Notes: a model not told the origin generated them from the sequence alone. A stretch of DNA of 64,000 nucleotides from Alphaproteobacteria bacterium (GCA_965237415.1 CBDEFM010000002.1:2016001-2080000); one strand, 5' to 3'. Positions 43,190-53,188 are shown, counted from the stretch's first letter. A program made the numbers and translations.

Positions 43190-43400
43190 GCGGCGGGCTC
43201 CCGAAGCTTGCTCTCCGGATCGCCACATTCTTGACGTCGCAGAAGAAATCGAAGCTCCAGCGCCCGCCCTCGCGACCGATGCCGGAGATGCCGGTGCCCC
43301 CGAACGGGGCGGACAGGTCGCGAACGAAGAAGCAGTTGACCCACACGGTGCCCGCGACGATAGCGACATCGACGGAGGCGATACGAAGGAGGTCCGACAT
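43182..43400 (-). pseudogene. Aldehyde dehydrogenase (HpaE-like) remnant with a large in-frame internal deletion
   Basis: 72 codons: MSDLLRIASVDV joined to the ALDH C-terminus AGTVWVNCFFVRDLSAPFGG.G.SGIGREGG.WSFDFFCDVKNV. Confidence 0.85.
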
Positions 43401-43402
43401 CT

Positions 43403-44860
43403 TTACTGTGGCGCGGCGTCCAGATGCGCCCAGAATGCAGGAACCTGAGCCCACTCGCGATCCTTCTGGGCCGCGATATGGGCCAGGGTAAATGAGCGTG
43501 CGGCCGAAGCGAGATAGTAGCGCTCATAGAGCTCCGTTCGCGCGCCGAGCGCGGAGCCGGCGAAATCCCAAGCGGTCCGGAACAGGCGGCTTCGCTCCTC
43601 GGCATCGCCGTCGTCGACACCCGGCAGATAGCGCTCGAGCCAGGGCCGGAGGTCGGCATGCTCGAGACCGGCCTTCGAGGGTGTCGCGAGCAGATTGTGC
43701 GAGGCAATGAGCTTAATGATCTCGTTCACCCGAGGCATCCATCCCGGCAGCGTCGGGCGCAGCGCTCGGAACGGGCCTTCTTCGCAGAACCAGGTGCCGT
43801 CGCCGAATTCGTGGGCGTCGGCCTCCGCCGCGCGGATGGCGGCGCGGGTGAGTTCGGCATAGCTCCAAATCTCCCCCAGCATCTGCATCACGTCGGGCCG
43901 GCGGTTCTGGCCGATGGTTTCGGCCATGCGGCAACATAGCTCATAGGCGAACTCAAGCTTCACCATCGCCCGAATGCAGGTCTGCTGCATGACGTTGCCG
44001 GTCCAGCCCCGCGCCATGACCGCGTTGTAGGTTGCCGGATCGCCGTCCAGGAACACGCGGTGCCGGGGTATTTCCACATCGTCGAACACGACGAAGGCAT
44101 CCTGTTCGTCGAAGCGGGACGAGAACGGCTTGTCGAACGGGTCGACGTCGACGCCGTAATGGTCCCGGCAGATCATCTTGAGGCCGGGCGTCGAGAGCGG
44201 AATCGAGAAGACGAGAGCGACGTCGTGGCGATCCTTCGGGATGGGCTGGCCGGGATAGACGGCGATCTCGTCGGCGAAGGGGCCGAGCGTGGCGAGGATC
44301 CGGGCGCCGCGCACCACGATCCCCTCGCTGGTCTCGCCCACCTTCTTGAGCGCCACCTCGCCGTTGACGCCGTCATAGGGGGCGATCCGCCCATCCACGG
44401 TGGGGTGAATGATGGTATGGGTCAGCGCGAGGTCCTTCTCGGCAACATGGCGCTGAAAGGCAGCAAGGTTCTCGGCGCCCTCGGCATTGCCATTGGCGGA
44501 CCAGACACTCGGCTGGCCGGCAAATCCGGCAAAGGTAAGGTTCACGTAGTCGGGCGTGCGGCCCAGCATGCCTGCGCTGTAACGCGCCAGTCGTTCGAGA
44601 CCGCGGTGGCGCCGGCTTAGATCGTCGGTGCTGCGCGGGATCAGATGGCTGATGCCGGTCGGTCGGTTCGAGACCGGATCGGCGATGATGCACTCTTCGG
44701 CGTGGCGGTGCTGCCAATCGAAGAAGCCGGATATCCCCTGGATTGAGCCCCTGAAGGCCGGGTGCTCGGTAACGTCTTGCACCCTTTCGCCGCCGATCCA
44801 GACCTCGCGGCCGTCACCGCGCAGACCGTCGACGTATTCGGCACCGGTTCTCGTCGCCAT
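43403..44860 (-). CDS. 4-hydroxyphenylacetate 3-hydroxylase-family flavin-dependent monooxygenase (HpaB-like)
   Basis: RTGAEY...L, V.DVTEHPAF, GRTPDY.N, VVRGAR.LAT, RFDEQDA.VVFDDV.IP, R.ELYE. Confidence 0.92.
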   Translation of the reverse strand: MATRTGAEYVDGLRGDGREVWIGGERVQDVTEHPAFRGSIQGISGFFDWQHRHAEECIIADPVSNRPTGISHLIPRSTDDLSRRHRGLERLARYSAGMLGRTPDYVNLTFAGFAGQPSVWSANGNAEGAENLAAFQRHVAEKDLALTHTIIHPTVDGRIAPYDGVNGEVALKKVGETSEGIVVRGARILATLGPFADEIAVYPGQPIPKDRHDVALVFSIPLSTPGLKMICRDHYGVDVDPFDKPFSSRFDEQDAFVVFDDVEIPRHRVFLDGDPATYNAVMARGWTGNVMQQTCIRAMVKLEFAYELCCRMAETIGQNRRPDVMQMLGEIWSYAELTRAAIRAAEADAHEFGDGTWFCEEGPFRALRPTLPGWMPRVNEIIKLIASHNLLATPSKAGLEHADLRPWLERYLPGVDDGDAEERSRLFRTAWDFAGSALGARTELYERYYLASAARSFTLAHIAAQKDREWAQVPAFWAHLDAAPQ

Positions 44861-44871
44861 GGGACACATTG

Positions 44872-44920
44872 GTTTGATATCAAACTATCTGATCCTAAAT
44901 CGTGTGGCCGGGGCCGTCAA
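44872..44920 (-). promoter_or_regulatory. Sigma70 promoter with a palindromic operator over the predicted start site
   Basis: Minus strand TTGACG (44920-44915)-17 bp-TAGGAT (44897-44892), followed by perfect 14-bp palindrome GTTTGATATCAAAC (44872-44885). Confidence 0.7.
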
Positions 44921-44947
44921 CCCGTGAGAAGTCACCCGTGAGAAGTC
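44920..44947. repeat. Perfect 14-bp tandem duplication ACCCGTGAGAAGTC x2
   Basis: 44920-44933 and 44934-44947 are identical. Confidence 0.85.
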
Positions 44948-45177
44948 TGCCGGGTCGAGGGGATGGCCTTATCGCTCGTCCGCGCAGTGAACCTGAAAAA
45001 ACCGCTTCCCCAAGCCCAATCCCGCAGTGCTAATCTCGCTCATGGATGCCTCCGCGATCCGTGTTCCGGTCTACCACGACCTGACTGGCACTATGATGCC
45101 GTAAGACGCGGGGGCATCCGTTCCATCTGGTGAGAAATACGGGCTAGGCGACGCGGCGTTTCGGTGCAGGGGGAAGC

Positions 45178-46800
45178 ATGGCGGACGAGCATGATTTCGT
45201 CGTGATCGGCGGCGGCACCGCCGGCTGCGTGCTGGCCAACCGGCTCTCGGCCGATCCCAAGACCAGTGTCGCGCTGCTGGAGGCCGGCGGCGCGGCGCGC
45301 CATCCCTTCATCCACATCCCGCTGATGGCGGGGCTCGTCTACTTCATGCGCTCGATCAACTGGAGCTACGAGACCGAGCCGGAGCCCCATCTCGACGGGC
45401 GGCGCATCCCCTGGCCGCGCGGCAAGGTGCTGGGCGGCACCTCTGCGATCAACGGCATGATGTACATGCGCGGCAACCGCCTGGATTACGACGGCTGGCG
45501 CCAGCTCGGCCTCGACGGCTGGGACTACGAGAGCGTGCTGCCCTACTTCAAGCGGGCCGAGGGCCACGGCTCGCGCCGCGACGCCTACCATGGCACCGAC
45601 GGCCCGCTCCGAGTTAATCGCGCCCAGTCGAAGAACCCGCTCTACGACGTCTTCCTCGAGGCCTGCGAGGCGCTTGGCCTGCCGCGCAACGACGATTTCA
45701 ACGGCGCGGTGCAGGAAGGCGTCGGCCGGCAGGATTTTTGCGTCGACCGGGGCCGCCGCGTGAACACCGGCCATGCGTTCATCCTGCCGGTGCGTGAGCG
45801 GCCCAATCTGCGCGTCGTGCTGCGCGCCCATGTGGAGCGCCTGCTCTTCGAGGGCCGGCGCTGCGTGGGGGTGACCTACTGCCGGGGCGGGCAACGGCGC
45901 GAAGTTCGCGCGCGGCGCGAGGTGATCCTCTCAGCCGGCACCATCAACTCGCCCCAGGTGCTGCAGCTCTCGGGCGTCGGCGCGCCGGAGCATCTCGGCC
46001 AGCTCGGCATCCCGGTCGTGGCGGAAAGCCCCGACGTCGGGCGCAACCTGCAGGATCACGCAGGCGTCTACGTCCAAAATGCATGCACGCAGCCGGTCGC
46101 GCTCTACGGCCTGCTTCGGCCCGACCGCGCGGCGCTCGCCTGCTTGCGCGCCTACCTCTTCGGCACGGGCCCCGGCACCTCGATCGCGCTGGAGGCCGGC
46201 GGCTTCGCGCGCTCCCGAGAGGAACTCGATGCGCCCGATTTGCAGGTCACCTTCATCCCCGGTCTCACCCTTGACGTGACGCGCAAGAAGCAGGGTCGGC
46301 ACGGTTTCCTCACCCACTGCTACCAGCTCAGGCCCGAGAGCCGCGGCGAGATCCGCATCACCGCCGCCGATGCGAGCCTGCCGCCGGCGATCCACGCCAA
46401 CGCCTTGGCCGCCGAAACCGACCGTCGGGTCATGCGCGATGCCGTCCGGTTTGCGCGGCGGATCATGGCCCAGGCGCCCTTCGACCCCTACCGCGGCCAC
46501 GAGATCGCGCCCGGCAGCGAGGCGCAGTCGGACGACGCGATCGATACCTGGATCAGAGCCAATCTCACGACCGTCTGGCACCCGGTCGGCACCTGCCGCA
46601 TGGGCCGGGACGAGACGGCCGTGGTCGACGCCCAGTTGCGGCTGCGCGGTGCGGAGGGGCTGAGAGTCGTCGATGCCTCCGTCATGCCGCTCATCACCAG
46701 CAGCAACACCGCGGCCCCCACCATCATGATCGCGGAGAAGGCGGCCGACATGATTCTGGGCAAGCCGCCGCTCCCCGCCGAAGCCCCCGCCGGCACCTGA
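45178..46800 (+). CDS. GMC oxidoreductase (choline dehydrogenase-like)
   Basis: GGGTAG, RGKVLGGTSAINGMMY.RG, GRNLQDH, HPVGTCRMG, LRVVDASVMP, NT.APTIMIAEK. Confidence 0.93.
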   Translation: MADEHDFVVIGGGTAGCVLANRLSADPKTSVALLEAGGAARHPFIHIPLMAGLVYFMRSINWSYETEPEPHLDGRRIPWPRGKVLGGTSAINGMMYMRGNRLDYDGWRQLGLDGWDYESVLPYFKRAEGHGSRRDAYHGTDGPLRVNRAQSKNPLYDVFLEACEALGLPRNDDFNGAVQEGVGRQDFCVDRGRRVNTGHAFILPVRERPNLRVVLRAHVERLLFEGRRCVGVTYCRGGQRREVRARREVILSAGTINSPQVLQLSGVGAPEHLGQLGIPVVAESPDVGRNLQDHAGVYVQNACTQPVALYGLLRPDRAALACLRAYLFGTGPGTSIALEAGGFARSREELDAPDLQVTFIPGLTLDVTRKKQGRHGFLTHCYQLRPESRGEIRITAADASLPPAIHANALAAETDRRVMRDAVRFARRIMAQAPFDPYRGHEIAPGSEAQSDDAIDTWIRANLTTVWHPVGTCRMGRDETAVVDAQLRLRGAEGLRVVDASVMPLITSSNTAAPTIMIAEKAADMILGKPPLPAEAPAGT

Positions 46801-46855
46801 AGGCGCAAGTCGGCGCGCCCTTCCCCGCTCGGAGGGCCTAGCCTACAACAGCCGC

Positions 46856-47748
46856 ATGGTCCCCCCTCGATCCACGTCGGCCGCGCCGCTCGTCGGCGTC
46901 CTCTACATGTGCGTGGCCGCCGGCTTCGGGCTGCCGGGGCTCAACGCCCTCGTGAAGTTGCTCATCGCCGACTACCACATGGCGCAGATCATCTGGTTCC
47001 GCTGCGTCGTGCACCTTGGGTTGATGGTGGCGCTCTTCATGCCGGCGATGGGGTTCAGGCTCTTCGCGAGCCGCCGCCGTGGCTTCAGTCGATCCGCTCG
47101 CTCACCCAGCTCGTCACCTTCACGCTGATCTGGGTCTCACTCTTCTGGACGCCGATCACGACCGTCACGATGGTGCTCTTCACCGGGCCGCTGATACTGG
47201 TGGCACTCTCCGTGCCCTTCCTCGGCGAGCGGGTGGGGCCACGCCGCTGGGCGGCGGTCTTCGTCGGCTTCGCCGGCGTGCTGATCGTGCTCCGCCCCGG
47301 CTCCGACGCGGTGCACTGGGGCGCGCTGCTCGTCCTCGGCGGCGCGTTCTTCTATGCGATCTATCAGATCCAGACCCGCAAGCTCGCGGGCTACGACGAT
47401 CCGCGCACGACGGCGGTCTATACGATCCTGGCCGCGTTCATCGTAGCGACCGTCGCGGTGCCGTTCTTCTGGGAAATGCCGCGGAATACGGTGGACTGGT
47501 TGTTGTTCCTGGCGCTCGGCGTGGTGGGCGGGCTCGCCCACTATTTCATCATCAAGGCCTATCAGTACGCCGAGGCGTCGCTCGTCGGTCCCTTCGACTA
47601 CAGCCAGCTCGTCGGCGCGAGCATCTTCGGCTTCCTGCTCTTCGGCGAGGTCCCGGATACGTGGACCTGGGTCGGCGCCGCCGTGATCATCGCAAGCGGC
47701 CTCTACATCGCCCACCGGGAAGCACGGCTCAGGAGGACGGCGGCCTGA
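46856..47748 (+). pseudogene. EamA/DMT transporter with a 1-bp frameshift
   Basis: N-terminal frame (46856) matches the downstream paralog up to LFASRR; the match continues in another frame (PWLQSIRS...LGERVGPRRW...) after the gccgccgccg run near 47070-47080. Confidence 0.75.
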
Positions 47749-47802
47749 CCCTACGGGCGCCCTGCTCTGGCACGGCCAAGGGCGATCCCATAGAACGAAA
47801 CG

Positions 47803-48720
47803 ATGACCATCGCGCCCGCGCGCCTCGACGATTCATTCCGAGGCATCGTCTTCATGTGCCTCACCGCCATCGTCGTCTTTCCGTTTCTCAACGCGTTGGT
47901 CAAGTATCTGCTCTCGAACGATTATTCGATCGTGCAGATCATGTGGATGCGCTCGATCTTCCACATGGTGTGGATGCTTGCGCTGTTCCTGCCCTATGGC
48001 GGCATCCGCCTGCTGCGCAGCAACCGGCCGGGCCTGCAGCTCGTCCGCTCCGCGCTCCAATTCATCGCGCTGGTGCTCTACATCATCGCTCTCTCGCACG
48101 CGCCGCTCACCGCGGTGACGATGGCCTTCTTCACGGCGCCGCTCATGGTGGTCGCGCTCTCGGTGCCGATGCTGGGGGAGCGCGTGGGGCCCAGACGCTG
48201 GGCTGCCGTCGCGGTGGGCTTCGCCGGTGCGGCCGTGATCTTCCGGCCCGGCGGCGAGGTCATCCACTGGTCGTTTCTTCTGGTGCTGGGGGCCGCCGCC
48301 GCGTACGCCCTCTTCCAGATTCAGACACGCCAGCTCGCGAACCAGGACGACTACCGCACGACCGCGATCTACACGATCGTCGTGGCGCTGGTGGGAACCA
48401 CCGTCGCCGGGCCGTTCTTCTGGACGTGGCCGGCGTCACTGGCTCACTGGGGTGCCTTCATCGGCCTCGGCCTGTTCGGCGGCTTCGGCCACTTCTGCGT
48501 CATCAAGGCCTACGAGTACGGCCGCGCCTCGGTGGTGGGCCCCTTCGACTACGGCCAGCTGATCGGCGCAGCGGCGGTCGGATTCCTCTGGTTCGGCGAG
48601 GTCGTCGATATTTGGACCTGGCTGGGCGCAGCCATAATCGTGGCCAGCGGGCTCTACATCGCGCGCCGTGAGGCGGTGCACGGCGGCGGCCCGGGGCCGA
48701 AGGCGAGCCTCGGCCCGTGA
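47803..48720 (+). CDS. EamA/DMT transporter
   Basis: About ten TM segments, LGERVGPRRWAAV.VGF.G, AS.VGPFDY.QL. Confidence 0.92.
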   Translation: MTIAPARLDDSFRGIVFMCLTAIVVFPFLNALVKYLLSNDYSIVQIMWMRSIFHMVWMLALFLPYGGIRLLRSNRPGLQLVRSALQFIALVLYIIALSHAPLTAVTMAFFTAPLMVVALSVPMLGERVGPRRWAAVAVGFAGAAVIFRPGGEVIHWSFLLVLGAAAAYALFQIQTRQLANQDDYRTTAIYTIVVALVGTTVAGPFFWTWPASLAHWGAFIGLGLFGGFGHFCVIKAYEYGRASVVGPFDYGQLIGAAAVGFLWFGEVVDIWTWLGAAIIVASGLYIARREAVHGGGPGPKASLGP

Positions 48721-48742
48721 GACATGTCGTCTGCAGCCTCGA

Positions 48743-49612
48743 TCAGAACCGCTGACTGTGGTCCAGCTTATCGACCCAGAGCCTGTAGTTGTGCACCGAG
48801 AAGCGCTGGTATTCGACGACGTTGTAGAGGTAGGTGCCGTCTTCGATCCGCGCCGCGGCCTGCTCATAGCCTTCCTGGGTCACGGGCACGAACTTGATCC
48901 TGTCGCCGGGCTGGAACAGCACGATGTCGCCGCCAAAGGCATCGAAGCGCTTCTCGGTGTCCCAGATCGGCACCGGCGTGCGGCCGAGGAGCTGATAGCC
49001 GCCCGGCGTGTTGACCGGGTAGATCGCGCTCGCAGAGCCGCCCATGCCGACCGTGCCCTGGGGCGTCCAGGTGCGCGGCGGGTTGTATTTCGGCACGGTG
49101 ATCATCGCCCTCGGGTCGAGCGGCTGGAGGAACGGCAGCCCCGGCCAGAAGCCGAGGGAAGCGACCCAGTACTCGGAGCTCGAGTGGACGCGGACGAGCT
49201 GGTCGCGGTCGGCGAGGCCGTTCAAGCGCGCCACCAGGTCCGGGTCATATTCCTTGGGCGTGATCTTCTCGCTGTAGTCGTCGATGCATTCCTTGGTCCA
49301 GGGGTCGAGATACATCGTCTCGAACAGGAAGAGCCGGCTGTCGAGCTCGATGTCGTCGGTGGACCCCAAGCTCGCGATAAGCGCCTTCAGCTCCTTGATT
49401 ACGTCGTCGTAGGAGATCTCGCGCGGCTCGTAATGGACCAGCATCGAGGCGAAGCAGGGCGCGGTCTCGACGATGCCCTTGGTCTTGTCGGCGACGATCC
49501 GCGCCGCCAGCCCCTGGGCGATGAAGTTCAGCTCGAGGTTCATCTCGTTGCCGAACTCGATCAGGACGTAGCGGTCGCCACCTGGCAGGAATTTGGGCTC
49601 ATCGTAGATCAT
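48743..49612 (-). CDS. Carboxyltransferase C/D-domain protein (allophanate hydrolase subunit 1/PxpB-like; urea carboxylase-like)
   Basis: GGDRYVLIEFG, GFWPG, PKYNPPRTWTP.G.VG.GG, YP..TPGGYQL.GRTP. Confidence 0.88.
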   Translation of the reverse strand: MIYDEPKFLPGGDRYVLIEFGNEMNLELNFIAQGLAARIVADKTKGIVETAPCFASMLVHYEPREISYDDVIKELKALIASLGSTDDIELDSRLFLFETMYLDPWTKECIDDYSEKITPKEYDPDLVARLNGLADRDQLVRVHSSSEYWVASLGFWPGLPFLQPLDPRAMITVPKYNPPRTWTPQGTVGMGGSASAIYPVNTPGGYQLLGRTPVPIWDTEKRFDAFGGDIVLFQPGDRIKFVPVTQEGYEQAAARIEDGTYLYNVVEYQRFSVHNYRLWVDKLDHSQRF

Positions 49613-49636
49613 GGCGCTGCTTTCTCAGGCGGGGGC

Positions 49637-50998
49637 TCAGGCGGCCATCAAATCGGACCGATGCTCGTCCACGAAGCCGGTATGGGTGTGGCCGGCGCGG
49701 AAGGCATCATGGGCTACAACCCGGCGCAGAAAGTCGATGTTGGTGACGATCCCCTCTATACGGAATTCACCGAGGGCCGTCAGCATCTTGTCGATGGCGC
49801 CGCCGCGGTCGCTCCCGTGCGCCACGAGCTTGGCGATCATGGGGTCGTAGAACGGCGTGATCCGGTCGCCTTCGGCAACGCCGGTATCGAGCCTGATGCC
49901 ATCACCCTCCGGCGGCGGCGCGAAGCGCTCCAGCAGGCCCGGCGATGGGAGGAAGTTCTTGTCCGGGTTCTCGGCGTAGATGCGGCACTCGATCGCGTGC
50001 CCATCGGGCCCCGCCGCCGGCGCGGACAGCTCCGACAAGTCCTCGCCCCGCGCGAGGCGGAGCTGAAGGCCCACCAGATCGAGGCCGGTAACCATCTCCG
50101 TCGCCGGGTGCTCGACCTGGATGCGCGTGTTCATCTCCAGGAAGTAGAACTCACCGTCCGGCGCCAGGATGAATTCGACCGTGCCGGCGCCGCGGTAGCG
50201 CTCCCGCCCCACCAGGGCAAGCGCAGCGTCCGTCATGCGGGCTCTGAGCGCAGGGTCTACCGCAGGCGACGGCGCCTCCTCGACGATCTTCTGAAAGCGC
50301 CGCTGCACCGAGCATTCGCGCTCCATGAGGTGGAATCCGCGCCCGTCGCCGTGCCCAAAAACCTGAATCTCGACATGGCGCGGCTGGAGCACCAGCTTCT
50401 CCAGGTAGACCGTGCCGTCGCCGAATGCCCTCTCGGCCATGGTCTGGGTGGCGCCGACGACGTCCGCGAGCTTGGCCGGATCGTCCACCTGCCGCATCCC
50501 GATGCCGCCGCCACCGGCCGACGCCTTCACCAGCAGTGGATAGCCGACCGCCGCCGCAGCCTCGTCGAGGCCCGAGAGGTCGTCTGCCGTGAGCCGGGCG
50601 CTGCCGGGGACGATGGGCAGGCCCGCGCCCTGGGCAATCGTGCGGGCGCGCTCCTTGTCGCCCATGGCGGCGATGTTCTCCGCCGTGGGGCCGACCCAGA
50701 TAAGGCCGCCGTCTTCCACGGCGCGTGCGAAGGTCGCGTTCTCGGCGAGGAAGCCGTAGCCCGGATGAATCGCATCGGCGCCGCTCTCGCGCGCCGCGGC
50801 GATGATCTTGTCGGCGACGAGGTAGCTCTCCTTCGCGGCCGCAGGCCCGATGGGGAGAGCCTCGTCGGCCTCGGCCACATGGCGGGCAGCGGCGTCCGCC
50901 TCCGAATAGACCGCCACCGTGGCGATGCCGAGCGACCGCGCGCTTCGCATGATCCGGCAGGCGATCTCGCCCCGGTTTGCGATCAGGAGTTTTTGCAT
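49637..50998 (-). CDS. Stand-alone biotin carboxylase
   Basis: KLLIANRGEIA, HPGYGFLAEN, GGGGIGM, RECSVQRR.QK, EMNTRIQVEHP, YDPMIAK; no fused biotinyl domain. Confidence 0.93.
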   Translation of the reverse strand: MQKLLIANRGEIACRIMRSARSLGIATVAVYSEADAAARHVAEADEALPIGPAAAKESYLVADKIIAAARESGADAIHPGYGFLAENATFARAVEDGGLIWVGPTAENIAAMGDKERARTIAQGAGLPIVPGSARLTADDLSGLDEAAAAVGYPLLVKASAGGGGIGMRQVDDPAKLADVVGATQTMAERAFGDGTVYLEKLVLQPRHVEIQVFGHGDGRGFHLMERECSVQRRFQKIVEEAPSPAVDPALRARMTDAALALVGRERYRGAGTVEFILAPDGEFYFLEMNTRIQVEHPATEMVTGLDLVGLQLRLARGEDLSELSAPAAGPDGHAIECRIYAENPDKNFLPSPGLLERFAPPPEGDGIRLDTGVAEGDRITPFYDPMIAKLVAHGSDRGGAIDKMLTALGEFRIEGIVTNIDFLRRVVAHDAFRAGHTHTGFVDEHRSDLMAA

Positions 50999-51109
50999 CG
51001 GCACCGGGTTCACGTGCGGGACAAGGCCTGACGAGTAGCCTCGATCAACAGCCGGGCGAGAGGCTACCCGCCCCCTCCGGGCACCGCAAGCGGACCGCGT
51101 CACACGCGG

Positions 51110-53188
51110 TCAGTTCGCGCGTTCGCGCAGCGTCAGCACGGCGCCGAGGACGACGATACCGAAGATGATGTCGCGCCAGGCGAAGTGAAGCTCCGAGCCC
51201 GAGACCAGCGTGCCCACCGCCGTCAGCAGCAGAGCGCCTCCGAAAATGCCGAGATAGTGCCCGCGCCCGCCGATGGCGAGCGTGCCGCCCACCAGCACGA
51301 CGGCGATCGCCGGCAGCAGGAAGCGCTGGCCCATGTTGAGGAAGGAGACGGTGGAGAAGCCGGTCATCAGCACGCCGGCGAGCGCCGAGCAGAAGCCGCT
51401 CAGCATATAGACGCCGAGCGTCGTCCGGTCGACACGCACGCCAGAGAGCCGCGCTACCCGCGCGCTGTTGCCGACCGCGAAGACCCGCCGGCCGAAGGTG
51501 GTGCGGTGCAGCACGACATAGGCGACACCGGCGAAGCCGATGAGGAACCAGGCGGCGGGCGCGAGGCCGGCCAGCCGCTCGGTGAAAAACCACACCAGCG
51601 CCGGCGGCGAGCGCCCCGTGGGGATGCCGCCGGTGAAGAGCAGGCCCGCACCCTGCATGATGCCGTTGGTCGCGAGCGTGACGACGATCGCCGGCATGCC
51701 GAAGAGCACCACGCCGATGCCGTTGAAGAGGCCGACGCCGGCGCCGATTGCCAGCACCATCGGCACCGCCCAGTAGGCCGGCCCGTCCATCCCGTTGCAG
51801 ACCGCAGCCAGCACGACGCCGGTAAACGCGAGCGTGTGCGGCACCGAGAGGTCGAGCCCGCCGGTGAGCACCACCGCGCCCTGGCCGAGGCCGAGGACGG
51901 CGAGGAAGAGCGCGAGCGTGAGCAGCGAATTGAGGTAGTGGACGCTCACGCTCTCGCCGCCGATCACCCCGACCACGAGGATGTAGACCACGACCAGCAG
52001 CGTCCACGCCGGCACCATCAGGCGGAGCACGTCCCAGTTCTTGGTGGTCCATTGCCAGAGTTGGGGCCCCTTGAGCTCGTCGCTCACCCGCGGGGTCCAG
52101 CTCGTGGCAAAACGGCCGACATTGGCCCTCGCGCTGCCGTGGAAGGACGGCAGGCTGCGATGCCTCAGCCCCGAAATCTTGAGGCCGGTCACCCGCCAGT
52201 ACTCGGCCAGCGACGTGTCGCGGCCGATGGAGGCGCCGATCACCGCCAGCAGCAGGATCACTGCCTCGGTGATCGGCATGACGTGGGGCGACCAGTTGAG
52301 AACGATCAGCACGTTCGAGATCAGCATCAGCGTAAACGCCGCGAACACCGTGCCGAGGCAGCCGCCCTCGCCGCCGCCGATCCGGGTGCCGCCCAGGATC
52401 GTCGCGGCGAAGATGAGGAGCAGCATGCCGCTGCCGACCAGCGGATCGCCGGAGCTGGTCTGCGCGCTGAGGAAGACCCCGCCCGCGCCGTAGAAGGTGC
52501 CGGCCAGCGTGTAGCCGAAGAACTTCGTCCGTGCGACCGAGATGCCGTTGGCGAAGGCTGCGTCCTCATTACTGCCGACGGCATAGAGCGCGGTGCCGAA
52601 GCGCGAGCGCTTGATGAGCGCCCAGAGACCCAGCGCCAGCAGAATGACCAGGAGTGCCGCAGGGAAGCCGTCGGGGATCAGATCGCCCGTGAAGACCATC
52701 GAGAGGCCGTAGGGGAAGTAGCCGCCGGGGTCCGGCATCAGCAGCAGATTGAGGCCCAGAATGATGAACATCACGGCGAGCGTCACGACCACCGGCTGGA
52801 GCCGGACATAGGCGATGAAGAAGCCGTTGATGGCGCCCACCGCCGCCCCGATGCCGAGCCCCGCGAAGCACATCAGGACCTGGCTCCAGAGAGAATCGGT
52901 GGTGTGAAGCGCCATGATCACGTTGACCAGCGAGAGCACGGCACCGCAGGAAAGATCGAACCCGCCGATCAGGAACACCACCGTCTGGCCCATGGCGGCG
53001 AAGGCCAAGGGCCCCGTGTTGGACGACAGGAAGTTGACCTCGAAATAGCTGATCGGGCCGGGCGAGATCACATCCAGGCAGACGACGATGCCGACGAAGG
53101 CCGTGAACGCGACCAGGAGACGCCGGTTGCGCGCCAATCCCTGCTGCCAGGAAAGGCGCGGCAGCCGTGTAAGCGGTACTTCGCTCAC
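51110..53188 (-). CDS. Sugar-type (CUT2) ABC permease, two permease domains fused
   Basis: Two repeats of GG.DLS ... FG....AVG.N...A..SG ... GGT...GG.G in 692 aa. Confidence 0.9.
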   Translation of the reverse strand: MSEVPLTRLPRLSWQQGLARNRRLLVAFTAFVGIVVCLDVISPGPISYFEVNFLSSNTGPLAFAAMGQTVVFLIGGFDLSCGAVLSLVNVIMALHTTDSLWSQVLMCFAGLGIGAAVGAINGFFIAYVRLQPVVVTLAVMFIILGLNLLLMPDPGGYFPYGLSMVFTGDLIPDGFPAALLVILLALGLWALIKRSRFGTALYAVGSNEDAAFANGISVARTKFFGYTLAGTFYGAGGVFLSAQTSSGDPLVGSGMLLLIFAATILGGTRIGGGEGGCLGTVFAAFTLMLISNVLIVLNWSPHVMPITEAVILLLAVIGASIGRDTSLAEYWRVTGLKISGLRHRSLPSFHGSARANVGRFATSWTPRVSDELKGPQLWQWTTKNWDVLRLMVPAWTLLVVVYILVVGVIGGESVSVHYLNSLLTLALFLAVLGLGQGAVVLTGGLDLSVPHTLAFTGVVLAAVCNGMDGPAYWAVPMVLAIGAGVGLFNGIGVVLFGMPAIVVTLATNGIMQGAGLLFTGGIPTGRSPPALVWFFTERLAGLAPAAWFLIGFAGVAYVVLHRTTFGRRVFAVGNSARVARLSGVRVDRTTLGVYMLSGFCSALAGVLMTGFSTVSFLNMGQRFLLPAIAVVLVGGTLAIGGRGHYLGIFGGALLLTAVGTLVSGSELHFAWRDIIFGIVVLGAVLTLRERAN

